Of a DNA stretch of 60,712 bases, positions 7,925 to 18,059 are shown piece by piece. The stretch comes from Candidatus Nomurabacteria bacterium. GTDB lineage: Bacteria; Patescibacteriota; Minisyncoccia; Phycocordibacterales; SBAW01. A model generated the notes under the pieces. The model was not told the origin of the DNA. It saw only the letters and a list, made by a program, of their open reading frames with translations, and did not search any database. The position numbers were made by a program, and so were the translations under genes. Where the stretch lies: NCBI GenBank assembly GCA_943356415.1, contig CALREW010000001.1:289900-350611 (forward strand), read 5' to 3'. Every line of letters begins with the position of its first letter. The first letter of the stretch is position 1.

Positions 7925-8983
7925 ATGCAAATCATGCAGCCAAAAAACCGCGATTTCCGTACGGCTTCACTTAAGGCACTCGCCGTAGTGGGTTTTATCG
8001 CCATACTTATATTTGGTATCTGGGGTGTCATCCAGGTAGGCCGCATGCTCCCAAATGTTTTCTCAGCTATTTCTTCTGCAGCTGTTTCCCTCTCTTCGAT
8101 ATTTGTTCCCGCTGAGCGCCTTGAGATTACTCTCCCCTCTGCAAATATTCCCTCAGGCGAACCGTTCACACTTACGTGGACACACGAAGGTAAGCGTGCA
8201 GACGGTACCTACAGTCTCTCGTTTGAGTGTCGCGACGGCCTCTCCGTAGAAGCTCCGGCACAAAGCGGCGTGTATCAGAAAGTTTTCTGCAACACTCCAT
8301 TCAACCTCACCAACGAAACGGCATCGATGAAGCTTATCGCTATATCGTCTGAGAGCCGTTACCTCGATGTGCCTATTAAACTCACGTTCACTCGCCTCTC
8401 AGACGCTAAAGTAACGGCGCAGACCGAAACGGCCATCACCGTTATCAACGAGAAAGTAGTAACAGGTGCCATTGCTACGACCACCACACCCGTAACAACC
8501 ACAACTACTAACCCTCGAACAACTACGACCACTACTCCTCGCCCAGGTACGTCTTCTCGCAATACGTATGTACTCACGCAGGCAGGCCGCGTCTCAGACC
8601 CGAACGGTCGTCCGGACCTCGCCGTTACCATCCTCGACACCGGCACTATCGACTCAAGCAATATCTACACGAAAGTAGGTTCTATCAATCGCAACGGTCG
8701 CGGCGCAGTACGCTTCATCGTTGAGAACCTCGGCACGAAGACCGTCGACAACTGGACGTTCAACGCAGTACTCCCGACGCTTCCGATGTACATCTTCTCC
8801 TCGCCGATGCAGCCGACACTCGGCCCTGGCGACAAGATTGAGTACACCCTCGCGTTTGACCAAGTCGACGGTGCTGCAACAGCAAACACGCTGACCATAA
8901 ACGCAGACCCAGCTAACACGCTCTGGAACGAAGTATCCGAGAACAACAACATCGCAAAAGTTATTCTCAACATTGTTCAATAA
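7925..8983 (+). CDS. Membrane-anchored protein with Thr-rich linker and C-terminal CARDB-like Ig domain
   Basis: N-terminal TM; poly-Thr; PDLAV...NLG...ADPAN...EVSENNN, typical of CARDB. Confidence 0.75.
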   Translation: MQIMQPKNRDFRTASLKALAVVGFIAILIFGIWGVIQVGRMLPNVFSAISSAAVSLSSIFVPAERLEITLPSANIPSGEPFTLTWTHEGKRADGTYSLSFECRDGLSVEAPAQSGVYQKVFCNTPFNLTNETASMKLIAISSESRYLDVPIKLTFTRLSDAKVTAQTETAITVINEKVVTGAIATTTTPVTTTTTNPRTTTTTTPRPGTSSRNTYVLTQAGRVSDPNGRPDLAVTILDTGTIDSSNIYTKVGSINRNGRGAVRFIVENLGTKTVDNWTFNAVLPTLPMYIFSSPMQPTLGPGDKIEYTLAFDQVDGAATANTLTINADPANTLWNEVSENNNIAKVILNIVQ

Positions 8984-8991
8984 GCAGTCTT

Positions 8992-9030
8992 AAACAAAAC
9001 CCCCGCCTCAAAAAGGCGGGGGTTTTGTTT
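8992..9030. terminator. Bidirectional intrinsic terminator
   Basis: AAACAAAACCCCCGCC...GGCGGGGGTTTTGTTT between convergent genes. Confidence 0.9.
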
Positions 9031-9045
9031 TTAAGCTATCAAACC

Positions 9046-11112
9046 TTATATATCGAGATTCGCGTGCTTCGCGTTTGATTGGATGAACGACTTGCGAGAG
9101 AAGACGTCCTCACCCATCAAGATATCGAACACTTTGTCTGCGTCTTGAACGTCATCGATAGTTACCTGCTTGAGCACGCGATTATTAATATCCATCGTGG
9201 TTTCACCAAGCTCATCAGCATTCATTTCACCGAGACCTTTGTAGCGCTGAATGTGTATCTTGGACTTCTTTGCTTTCGGTGTATCTTCTGCCTCGTCAAT
9301 TTCGTCACCCTCCTCTACCGGAGCTTCCTCTCCTTCTTCTGCGAGGTCTGCATCCTTACCAAGGAGCTTTGTCTTTTCTGCGTCAGAGTATGCATACATC
9401 GTTTCCTTGCCGCGTCGTATTTTATAGAGCGGCGGGTTGGCGATATAGAGAAAACCTCCATCAACAATAGGCTTGAAGTAGCGATAGAAAAGGGTAAGAA
9501 GCAGCGTGCGGATGTGCGCGCCGTCGACGTCTGCGTCGGTAGCGATAATGATCTTGTGATAGCGCAGCTTACCGATATCGAACGTGTCGCCGATGGCGGT
9601 ACCGAGTGCGAGCACCAAATTCTTCACCTGTTCAGAAGCGAGCATCTTGTCGAGGCGCGCACGCTCGACGTTCAATATCTTTCCTCGAAGTGGAAGCACT
9701 GCCTGCGTGCGACGATCACGACCCATCTTGGCCGAGCCACCTGCTGAATCTCCCTCTACGATAAAGAGTTCTGATTCTGCGGCATCTTTACTCTGGCAGT
9801 CTGCGAGTTTGCCCGGCAAGGTCATACCCTCGAGCGCACCCTTACGCAGCACGCTGTCCTTTGCAGCTTTTGCGGCTTTGCGAGCCTTAAGCGCAAGTAT
9901 CGATTTGCTTATGATGGCGCGCGCATCATCTGGGCTCTCCTCGAGAAACATCGTGAACGCTTCGCTAAATACCGTTTCCACGGCACCACGAGCTTCAACA
10001 GATCCGAGCTTTCCTTTCGTCTGACCCTCGAACTGTATCTCTCGCATCTTTACAGACACCACGCCAGTAAGGCCTTCGAGTACGTCATCGCCCGTGAAAT
10101 TCTCCTCAGAGTCCTTAACCAAGTTGTTCTTGCGGGCGTACGCATTCAGCGTGCGCGTAAGTGACGTCTTAAAACCAGTGACGTGCGTACCTCCTTCAAC
10201 GTTGTAGATATTGTTTGCAAAAGCTAGGAGTCGGCTGGAGATATCATCGGCGTATTGGAGCGCAACTTCAACAGCGACGCCCGCCTCTTCCTTCTCAACA
10301 TAGAAAATAGTCTTGTGGAGTGGCTTTTGGTGTTTGTTATAAAAACGAATAAGAGATTTCAAGCCGCCGTCAAAATAGAACGTCATGGACGGAGCGTGGG
10401 TAAGCTCCTCACGCATGTAGAACACGTCGCCCGCTTTTGGAACGCTGATATCAAGTTCGCGTGCGTCAATAACTGTGATGCGCAGACTCTTTACCAGGTA
10501 CGCCTGCTGACGCACGTGGTTCACAATGCGGTTGAAGTCATACTGCACGGTCGGAAATATCGTTGGGTCAGCCTCGAACGTTATTATTGTTCCGTTGAGT
10601 TTCGATGAACCTATTTTTTTCACCGGCCCCTTCTTTTTACCAACAGAGTACTCCTGCATGTGTACGCCGCCATCGCGGTGCACTTCTGCGCGGACAAACG
10701 TCGAAAGCGCGTTGACCACTGACGCACCTACGCCGTGAAGACCGCCTGAAACTTTGTACCCTTCACCGCCGAACTTACCTCCGGCGTGAAGTGTGGTCAT
10801 AATCGTCTCGAGTGCTGAAACTTTGGTCTGCTTGTGTACGTCAACCGGGATACCGCGGCCGTTATCTGCAACACGTATCATCTCGCCCGGCAAAAGCGTG
10901 ATCTCGATATCATTCGCAAAACCACCCATCGCTTCGTCGCGAGAGTTGTCAAAAATTTCCCAGATAAGGTGGTGCAGACCATCGGGCCCCGTGGTGCCGA
11001 TGTACATGCCCGGGCGCTTGCGAACAGGTTCAAGACCCTCAAGGACGGTGATGTCTTGCGCGCTATACGAGCCAGCTTTGGCGGACTTTTTATCTTCTTT
11101 TTCTTTGGCCAT
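9046..11112 (-). CDS. gyrB: DNA gyrase subunit B
   Basis: LEGLEPVRKRPGMYIG, DNGRGIP, SGGLHGVG, EGDSAGG, PLRGKILN, DADVDG, RYKGLGEMN; start at MAKE (11112). Confidence 0.97.
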   Translation of the reverse strand: MAKEKEDKKSAKAGSYSAQDITVLEGLEPVRKRPGMYIGTTGPDGLHHLIWEIFDNSRDEAMGGFANDIEITLLPGEMIRVADNGRGIPVDVHKQTKVSALETIMTTLHAGGKFGGEGYKVSGGLHGVGASVVNALSTFVRAEVHRDGGVHMQEYSVGKKKGPVKKIGSSKLNGTIITFEADPTIFPTVQYDFNRIVNHVRQQAYLVKSLRITVIDARELDISVPKAGDVFYMREELTHAPSMTFYFDGGLKSLIRFYNKHQKPLHKTIFYVEKEEAGVAVEVALQYADDISSRLLAFANNIYNVEGGTHVTGFKTSLTRTLNAYARKNNLVKDSEENFTGDDVLEGLTGVVSVKMREIQFEGQTKGKLGSVEARGAVETVFSEAFTMFLEESPDDARAIISKSILALKARKAAKAAKDSVLRKGALEGMTLPGKLADCQSKDAAESELFIVEGDSAGGSAKMGRDRRTQAVLPLRGKILNVERARLDKMLASEQVKNLVLALGTAIGDTFDIGKLRYHKIIIATDADVDGAHIRTLLLTLFYRYFKPIVDGGFLYIANPPLYKIRRGKETMYAYSDAEKTKLLGKDADLAEEGEEAPVEEGDEIDEAEDTPKAKKSKIHIQRYKGLGEMNADELGETTMDINNRVLKQVTIDDVQDADKVFDILMGEDVFSRKSFIQSNAKHANLDI

Positions 11113-11224
11113 GCAGCTAGATTGAACCGGGTTATACAAAAAAACACCGCCTTCTTCGGTACTCTTATTCTATCAAAATAGTCCTACTAAACCAAGCTAA
11201 AAAGGGGAAAAGTATGGCCTAAAA

Positions 11225-13120
11225 TCAACGTATTTCGTAGCCCTCCCCCGTGAGCGCTGCGTAGACTCCTTCCATTGCCGCATTTGCCTCTTCGTCCGTA
11301 AGCGTGCGGTCGTTGGCCTGAAAGATAACGCGGAAGCCATAAGAGATTTTGTCTCCCTTTTCGAAGCGATCAAACACGCCGACAAGAACCGCGAGCGGAC
11401 CTGCCGCATCGCCTATCATCTCAAACGGTTTTTCTGGCCCCGTACCTACCGGTGCCCAAAATGCGACATCGCGTGTGATGAACGGATAGCGGGAAAATGG
11501 GCGGTACCGCACATCACCGAGGGTCGGTAATTCTTTGTACGAAAGCGGATCTGGCGCTTGCATAACAAACGAATCAAAATCGAAATTTACAATCGCTGCA
11601 TCAGGAATCTCAGACGGCTGTTTTGCATCAAACTCTTTGATAAGTTCCGAGAGAAACACGCTTGCCTTTGGTGTCGTCTTGCCGCCAAGCGTGCCGAGTA
11701 CCAACACCATTTTCTCTTCCCCGTTTTTCCATACGGTTCCAATCTCAAAGAGCCGTGCATCTGGCACACCAAGCAAATCTCGGTTGCGATAATTTGTCTC
11801 AAGCGCTTCCTGTAAGTTCGGCCACACCTCTGAGCGCAGATAGGGCCTGTCGCTATCTACTTTATTGAGCACTTGGCGCTCACCGTTTAAAACGAAGACA
11901 CTCGTATATATTTCGGAAAATCCTTTGCTTGCCAACCACTCCCGTACACGGTCTATGTAGTAGAAACGTTTGTTGATGGCAGGAGCTACCGGTAAAGGTT
12001 CTGGCACAACGGTCGGTATCTTGTCATACCCGTATAGACGCCCGATATCTGCAACCACATCCTCAGGTATGGTCATGTCCAAACGTTCAAATGGAACTTC
12101 AACACTGAAGCGCCCGCCATTGTTGGTGTGGTTCCAAGCAAATCGCTTAATAAGACTTTCAACATCTCCGTCATTAAGCGACGTACCGAAAAGCCGATTG
12201 ACGTCCCCAGCTGTTACCTCAACCTGCTTTAGCTCAGGCTTGTTTGGGTATTCATCGACAAATCCAACCAACTCCCCGCCAGCCAGCTTCTGTATTAACT
12301 CGATAGCCGCAGAAGCCCCATACCCTGCAAGTTCAGGCGATATGACATTTTCATAACGCACCGAAGCGTCGGTACGTAGGTTGAGCGCTCTGCTCGTCCT
12401 GCGCGTCACCACACCGTCGAAGTTCGCGGACTCAAGGATGATGTCAGTTGTCGTTTCGGTAATGCCTGCGGGCGCGCCGCCCTTAACTCCCGCCAAACCA
12501 ATTGCCGCTCCATTGTGAGCATCGCAAATAACGAGCATCGAGTCTGCGAGTGTGTACTCCTTACCATCAAGTGCGAGCATTTTCTCACCTTCCTTTGCCT
12601 TGCGTACTGAGATGGCGTAGGTGCCATTGCGTTCGGTCATCTTGCCAGCATCGAACGCATGGAGCGGCTGTCCCATGTTGAACATCACGAAGTTCGTGGC
12701 ATCAACAACGTTGTTGACCGAGCGCTGCCCCATAGAAGCAAGGCGCTCGACCAACCACGCAGGCGACGGTCCTACTTTGACACCTCGCACATGCGCCGCA
12801 ACATAGCGCGCACAAAGCGTTGGTTCCTCAATAGTTACTTTTACGCTATCAGTCAGAGGCGAGAGGCTCGGCGGCACACCGAGCGGATCACTTGAAAGCG
12901 GCATATTCAAAATGGCCGAGACTTCTTTTGCAACACCGCGATACGAAAGGCAGTCGTGGGTGCGGTCTGGCAATACTTTGACGTCGAGTACCGAGTCGCT
13001 ACCGATCTCTTCTACCCCATCTATCTCAAATGCATGGAACGTTATGGCGCGAGAAAGTTCCTCAACCGATGGCAGCGGCGCATCAAAATACTTCTGTAAC
13101 CAAGCGTAAGAAATTTTCAT
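11225..13120 (-). CDS. pheT: Phenylalanyl-tRNA synthetase beta subunit (short, no B2 OB-fold)
   Basis: PDRTHDCLSYRG, NNVVDATN, GQPLHAFD, ILESANF, RTDASVRYE, C-terminal anticodon-binding (SRYP..RDVAF, RTLTDEE). Confidence 0.96.
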   Translation of the reverse strand: MKISYAWLQKYFDAPLPSVEELSRAITFHAFEIDGVEEIGSDSVLDVKVLPDRTHDCLSYRGVAKEVSAILNMPLSSDPLGVPPSLSPLTDSVKVTIEEPTLCARYVAAHVRGVKVGPSPAWLVERLASMGQRSVNNVVDATNFVMFNMGQPLHAFDAGKMTERNGTYAISVRKAKEGEKMLALDGKEYTLADSMLVICDAHNGAAIGLAGVKGGAPAGITETTTDIILESANFDGVVTRRTSRALNLRTDASVRYENVISPELAGYGASAAIELIQKLAGGELVGFVDEYPNKPELKQVEVTAGDVNRLFGTSLNDGDVESLIKRFAWNHTNNGGRFSVEVPFERLDMTIPEDVVADIGRLYGYDKIPTVVPEPLPVAPAINKRFYYIDRVREWLASKGFSEIYTSVFVLNGERQVLNKVDSDRPYLRSEVWPNLQEALETNYRNRDLLGVPDARLFEIGTVWKNGEEKMVLVLGTLGGKTTPKASVFLSELIKEFDAKQPSEIPDAAIVNFDFDSFVMQAPDPLSYKELPTLGDVRYRPFSRYPFITRDVAFWAPVGTGPEKPFEMIGDAAGPLAVLVGVFDRFEKGDKISYGFRVIFQANDRTLTDEEANAAMEGVYAALTGEGYEIR

Positions 13121-13122
13121 AG

Positions 13123-13872
13123 TTAAAACTGGTTGATGAAGCGCAGATCAGCCGAGTGCATCAAACGCACATCATCGATACCGAAGCGGAGCATGGCCAA
13201 GCGGTCTATGCCCATACCAAACGCAAACCCAGTGTATTTCTCTGGGTCTACACCTGCCGCACGAAGTACGTTGGGGTGTATCATGCCCGCGCCCATTATT
13301 TCTATCCAACGATCTTTCAACTTCTCAGGCACATTTGAACCCGTGAGGCGCATATCGACTTCAGCTCCCGGCTCAACAAATGGAAAGAAACTGGGGCGCA
13401 GACGTACCTCAACTGAACCTTTGAAAAGCTCGGTAAAGTACTGTGCAAGTACGCCGCGCAAATGCCCCATGTGCACGCCTTCTCCAACCATGAGTCCTTC
13501 AAGTTGGAAAAATTCTGCTTCATGTGTGATATCCGTTGCTTCATTGCGAAAGACTTTGCCAGGAACAATGATGCGATACGGCGGCTTAATCCCCGCTTTC
13601 ATCTGCGCTTCCATATAGCGCACCTGCACGTTACTGGTGTGCGTGCGCAGCACATACCCGGGAGCGTCTTTGATAAAGAACGTGTCCTGCATATCTCGCG
13701 CAGGATGGTCTTTGGGGACGTTTAGCGCATCGAAGTTATAGTGCTCGCTCTCCAAAAGTGGCCCTTCAGCAAAGGCAAAACCCATCTTGGCGAAGATCTG
13801 ATGCGTCTCGCGTATAAGCGAGGAAATAGGGTGCAAATGCCCCTTAGGAGCCTCCGTTCCGGCCACTTCCAT
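13123..13872 (-). CDS. pheS: Phenylalanyl-tRNA synthetase alpha subunit (no N-terminal coiled coil)
   Basis: GHLHP, NFDALN, HPARDMQDTF, LRTHTS, RPSFFPFVEP, GFAFGMGIDR. Confidence 0.97.
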   Translation of the reverse strand: MEVAGTEAPKGHLHPISSLIRETHQIFAKMGFAFAEGPLLESEHYNFDALNVPKDHPARDMQDTFFIKDAPGYVLRTHTSNVQVRYMEAQMKAGIKPPYRIIVPGKVFRNEATDITHEAEFFQLEGLMVGEGVHMGHLRGVLAQYFTELFKGSVEVRLRPSFFPFVEPGAEVDMRLTGSNVPEKLKDRWIEIMGAGMIHPNVLRAAGVDPEKYTGFAFGMGIDRLAMLRFGIDDVRLMHSADLRFINQF

Positions 13873-13953
13873 ATAGGGGCTATACTATCGCCCATTTCCC
13901 CCCAAAACAAACCGTATTTACCGACATCACACCTTCAAAACCTTGCATTAGAC

Positions 13954-13995
13954 CGGCACACTTAGTTGTACCTATAGGATCATTTGAGTGTGCCG
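13954..13995. repeat. Palindromic site 1 (42 bp, CCTATAGG core)
   Basis: CGGCACACTTAGTTGTA-CCTATAGG-ATCATTTGAGTGTGCCG; inverted near-copy of site 2. Confidence 0.9.
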
Positions 13996-14014
13996 TTTCT
14001 AGATCACAAAAAGA

Positions 14015-14575
14015 CTAAGGGAGGTTGAAGAGTTTTTTAAGAGGCGTGTCGTACTCGACCCTCTCTGCAACCACATACAAGAGACTCTTCCCAATCCGCT
14101 TTTCGGCTTTCAGAAGAGCCACATACTCTTCACATTCATACGGGTAAATCCAAACACTATCCTGCAATCTTATAAACCCCGCCCGTGACAATTCTCTTCG
14201 GATAGAGATTCGAATTGATCGCGCCTTCTCTGGAATATCGAAAGTGACAATGCGCCATTTCTTGTCCCACTTCTCTGGAAGTTTAAGGACTGCACCCACA
14301 TTCTCATATTCAGCAAGCTTTTTTCTACCTTCCTCCGTCAAGGATATATATTTTTGGCCATCCCGAAACTGAAATCCGATGAGTCCTTTCCGGTGGAGCC
14401 GGCTAACAGCATTCTTTATATTTGCTCTCGGATAGGGTTTCTTTTTCCCAATGCCAAAGAGTTTTAGCGCTGGTCCGATGCCAGGCGCTACGGCTGCGAT
14501 TGTAATAAGACCAACAACTGCAAGAGTGGCCAACAAAATCGATTCTATTGGGACCCGGGACGTTTCTCTCTTCAT
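14015..14575 (-). CDS. PaaX-like winged-helix regulator with Cas2-like central domain (CPR family)
   Basis: wHTH-like (IKNAVSRLHRKGLI...YISLTEEG) then WDKKWRIVTFDIPE...LQDSVWIYP; start at MKRE (14575). Confidence 0.85.
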   Translation of the reverse strand: MKRETSRVPIESILLATLAVVGLITIAAVAPGIGPALKLFGIGKKKPYPRANIKNAVSRLHRKGLIGFQFRDGQKYISLTEEGRKKLAEYENVGAVLKLPEKWDKKWRIVTFDIPEKARSIRISIRRELSRAGFIRLQDSVWIYPYECEEYVALLKAEKRIGKSLLYVVAERVEYDTPLKKLFNLP

Positions 14576-14590
14576 ATAAGTCTCTAGTAA

Positions 14591-14632
14591 AGGCACACTC
14601 AAATGATCCTATAGGTACAATTAAGTGTACCT
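14591..14632. repeat. Palindromic site 2 (42 bp)
   Basis: AGGCACACTCAAATGAT-CCTATAGG-TACAATTAAGTGTACCT, 16 bp upstream of the PaaX-like ATG. Confidence 0.9.
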
Positions 14633-14650
14633 CTTAATTATATGCGCAAC

Positions 14651-17482
14651 CTACTGTGAGACGCCCCACTTGAAACGGATAATTCCGTAACTCAGCGTCG
14701 GTGGCGCTGTTCCCGTCTGAAAGAAGTTTGTGAAAGCGGTCGTATCCTCGTCAACTGACCCAAAACGCGGCACAAAGATGACCGCAAACATATCCATCCC
14801 CTGCGTTGGACTGGTGAGTGCCGATTCAAATTCAAACTTCGATGTCGCAACACCCAAGTAATGGGACGAAACTGCAGTTGAGCTGCCAACGGTTCCAATA
14901 AACAAAGCCCCGAATCGATTCCCACCAAAGTTTGACGATTCGTACGTGCACCTGCCCTGTGTCCCATTTCCAAACTGATAATATCCACCTTCAATAAATG
15001 AAACGGTGTCTGGCTCACAGAAATACCCGATCGAGCTTAGAGACTGACTATTTTGCTTTTTAGGGCTGGCGTTTAGAGCTGCACCATTAGCATCGTTTCC
15101 ATTGCGCCAGAAACCATCATTGGGATTCCAGTTCGAAGGGGTACTTCCAAGTGTGTTTGGTTGTGTCCGCTCCATTGAGCGTCGAGCAGTGTCATTCGTT
15201 CCTCCACACCAGTTGCCACTACAGGCAGTCGCAACGGGAGTGCTATCGATGGTTGTGGTCGCTTGGCCACCAGGTGCGTACGCCAGCGCTATTGCGACTG
15301 GCATAGAGGTAAGCGCTTGGAATGGGTAGACGAAATCCGAAGCAACACTTGTGTCAGTTTCCGTTCGCTCAATGAGAAAAAAGGACTCTCCGGAGATAGT
15401 CCCGCTTAGTGATACAGGTTCTGCTGTTCCAATACTCAATGCAACACTGCTCAGCGAAATCGGATCAGAACTACGGTTATATAACTCAATCCATTGGGAA
15501 TCCGGGCTTGCGTTCGTTCCAGACCAAGCAACCTCGTTAATCGCGATTGGCATTTCCAATGATTCAACAGACACTGCAGTTGAAGTCGCAGTATTCCCTG
15601 CAGCGTCATACGCCACAACCGCGAGATTGTGCGATCCAGCTGCGAGGGATACTTGAATCTCTGAATTTGACGAGGTTGCTGTAGCGGTGCCATCAACCAA
15701 AGCGGCAAAATACCTCATGTCCAAACTGCTTGAGGCGATGCGTAAATGAGCTTGATTCATAACGGCGCATCCAGAAGTCTTAAGCGAATGACTACACTCA
15801 AATACTGAAAAGCCACTCACGTCAGGGGCAGTTCTATCTACCGAAAAAGAGCGAGTTGCGCCAACCGAGGTACGTCCATTCAAATCTACCGCTGTGACAC
15901 TTAACTGAATTTGTCCCTCTGTGGGCGTTATTGCAACAGACCAAGTACCATCGTTAGCTACTGTTGTAGTGGAAGATCTATCTGTTGCATTTTCTTGATA
16001 CGAAACACTGATGCCGAATCCAGCGTCAGAAGTTCCAGATACCAAAATTGATGCTTCATTGTGAGAACTGTCTGCGAGCGGCAAGCCGATTGTAGGAACT
16101 GTTACATCTTGTGGCTGCGTGCTTGTGCTAGCGGTAGTGGGAGCCCCGCCGCCTCCGCCTTGCGGCACTGGGAAAAGCTCTTGGTCTGTTTTCTTGGGCA
16201 GAATGACCGAAGGGGAGCTTGTTGCTGCATTTTGTACTGCTGTTCCTTTTGATGTTTCCTTAGATGGAACGTCCTTTATTTTTGACTCCTCTGTGGCTTT
16301 TTGTTTGCTTATTTGAAGCACTTTGGACGGCTCTTCCACAACAGATGGGTTTGGGAGGGCTTGGATAGCAGCAGCCGGGGATGAACCAGTTAATTCGGCC
16401 ACATCCTCTTCAGTAAGACTCGAACCATAAAGTTTTTTTACTAAGCTGAAGCCTTTAAGCGCTAAATTCTTTGCGCGACGCTCTGCCTCACTCGTATTTT
16501 TCTTCTCGATAGTGTGAGTCTTTTTCTCACGTTCCACTTCCCTAAAGAAAAAGTCGATGACGCCTACACCATTTCGTATTGCTTCGCGAGACAGGTAGGT
16601 CCAGTAGTCTTTTAGAACCAATCCTCCAGGATCATCCAAGGATTTATCGGTATAAGTAGGCTGACCGAAAGTGTCATGAGTGACTTGAACATAGGCAACC
16701 TTGTGCCCATCAATCCTGTCATATACAAAATTGTCGTCTCCTAGATTAAGGCTTGCGAGTGACGGACTCTCATAATTTTTAAAAAGAGTATCCTTGCTGA
16801 CAAAGCCCTGATTTGTATATAAAGCCATCGCTGAAATGTATTCATCCAGAGATTCATATTTTTGAATCGTCCCAAGGTTTTCTGGAACTTTTATCTGCCC
16901 GAGGCCAAACTGCCCTGAGAACTTCTCATATGAATCTGGGTCGCCAACTCCCTCATGATTCAAATGTTGATCGTTGCGCACATGCGCTGGAACTGACGAA
17001 TCCTGCAAAAGATGGAGGATATGCCCCAAACTTCTTAATCCTCGATTTTTATCACCATACACATATTCATATAAAGCCCTATCCCAGGAGTAGTCTGTTG
17101 CGGAACTAAAGTAGAGGTCGTTGTATCCGACGCGTTTTGAGCAAAAACCCCAGTCACAGTAATTAGCCTGCGCTTCTGTATTTTGCGCCCAAACACGCGA
17201 TGGTGGCCAAGTGTTAAAAAAGACTGAGAGACCTCGTCCGTTGATTGGGTCAAAAAAGTGATTCAAAGGGCGCGACCCGTCATCCTCATCAAAACTCCCC
17301 TGGACTATTTGTTCAGTTTGAAACGAATCGAAAGTCTCACCGCTTAGACTTTCATACGCTGCGACAGTTGCTTGAGAAATGCCCTTGTGAGTGTCTCTTT
17401 CATAAGCAAAAAGCAGGTGTGGTTGCAAAACTACACCTGCAATCAATGGGACAACTAATCCTATGGCTCTAGGATTTTCCAT
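14651..17482 (-). CDS. Large exported protein: Zn-dependent phospholipase C/P1-nuclease-like domain, Ig-like domains, lamin-tail domain
   Basis: Signal peptide; AY..TH, NHFFDP, LGHILHLLQD..VPAH..ND.H, DSYE metal-ligand pattern; DRTAP/YDAAGN Ig-like motifs; INEVAWSG...QWIELYN (LTD). Confidence 0.75.
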   Translation of the reverse strand: MENPRAIGLVVPLIAGVVLQPHLLFAYERDTHKGISQATVAAYESLSGETFDSFQTEQIVQGSFDEDDGSRPLNHFFDPINGRGLSVFFNTWPPSRVWAQNTEAQANYCDWGFCSKRVGYNDLYFSSATDYSWDRALYEYVYGDKNRGLRSLGHILHLLQDSSVPAHVRNDQHLNHEGVGDPDSYEKFSGQFGLGQIKVPENLGTIQKYESLDEYISAMALYTNQGFVSKDTLFKNYESPSLASLNLGDDNFVYDRIDGHKVAYVQVTHDTFGQPTYTDKSLDDPGGLVLKDYWTYLSREAIRNGVGVIDFFFREVEREKKTHTIEKKNTSEAERRAKNLALKGFSLVKKLYGSSLTEEDVAELTGSSPAAAIQALPNPSVVEEPSKVLQISKQKATEESKIKDVPSKETSKGTAVQNAATSSPSVILPKKTDQELFPVPQGGGGGAPTTASTSTQPQDVTVPTIGLPLADSSHNEASILVSGTSDAGFGISVSYQENATDRSSTTTVANDGTWSVAITPTEGQIQLSVTAVDLNGRTSVGATRSFSVDRTAPDVSGFSVFECSHSLKTSGCAVMNQAHLRIASSSLDMRYFAALVDGTATATSSNSEIQVSLAAGSHNLAVVAYDAAGNTATSTAVSVESLEMPIAINEVAWSGTNASPDSQWIELYNRSSDPISLSSVALSIGTAEPVSLSGTISGESFFLIERTETDTSVASDFVYPFQALTSMPVAIALAYAPGGQATTTIDSTPVATACSGNWCGGTNDTARRSMERTQPNTLGSTPSNWNPNDGFWRNGNDANGAALNASPKKQNSQSLSSIGYFCEPDTVSFIEGGYYQFGNGTQGRCTYESSNFGGNRFGALFIGTVGSSTAVSSHYLGVATSKFEFESALTSPTQGMDMFAVIFVPRFGSVDEDTTAFTNFFQTGTAPPTLSYGIIRFKWGVSQ

Positions 17483-17994
17483 TTATTTGTAAAAGTATTT
17501 TTAGTCAATCGAAATAAAAAAGGGATGGTGTCGCCCTTTGCATATACTCTGAGCTGGTAATTTCCTGTAGCTTTCAATTCTTCGCCTTCGACTCTTCCGC
17601 TTTTGTATGCATCAACAAGACCTTTCGTCCCGTCTATTTCCCTGCTTATTTCAAATTTTGAAAGTGCCGCCTTTTGGTCTTCAGGGATAAAGTACTTCGA
17701 AGCCAGATTAAAATCCTTTTTCTCTATCGCTTCAACAAATAGTCGGAGAGTTTCTTCAGGTGTATCACCACCGTAAGTGTCATTCTTGTATTGCTCGTCG
17801 AGTTGTTGGCTCTGGTAGTGGAGAAGCTGGGCAGCAAGACCGCGAGCGTATTCATCCGTATGCGAAAGATCGTAATCGCCGCGCCAATCAAAATACGACT
17901 TCAAGTAGAAGGTGCCCAAAATCAGAACTAGAAAGCCCAACCAAAACCACCAACGAAAATAGATGGGGCGGCGCGTGCCTGCAGCCGTTTTCAT
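17461..17994 (-). CDS. Membrane-anchored hypothetical protein, partner of the downstream PLC-like gene
   Basis: N-terminal TM; TYGGDTPEETLRLFVEA motif; 22-bp overlap with the next gene. Confidence 0.75.
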   Translation of the reverse strand: MKTAAGTRRPIYFRWWFWLGFLVLILGTFYLKSYFDWRGDYDLSHTDEYARGLAAQLLHYQSQQLDEQYKNDTYGGDTPEETLRLFVEAIEKKDFNLASKYFIPEDQKAALSKFEISREIDGTKGLVDAYKSGRVEGEELKATGNYQLRVYAKGDTIPFLFRLTKNTFTNKWKILEP

Positions 17995-18059
17995 GGAAAT
18001 AGTCTAGATCAATATTGAGCGTGCAAATCGAGATATCAACAGTTTCCGGTCGTGCCGAC

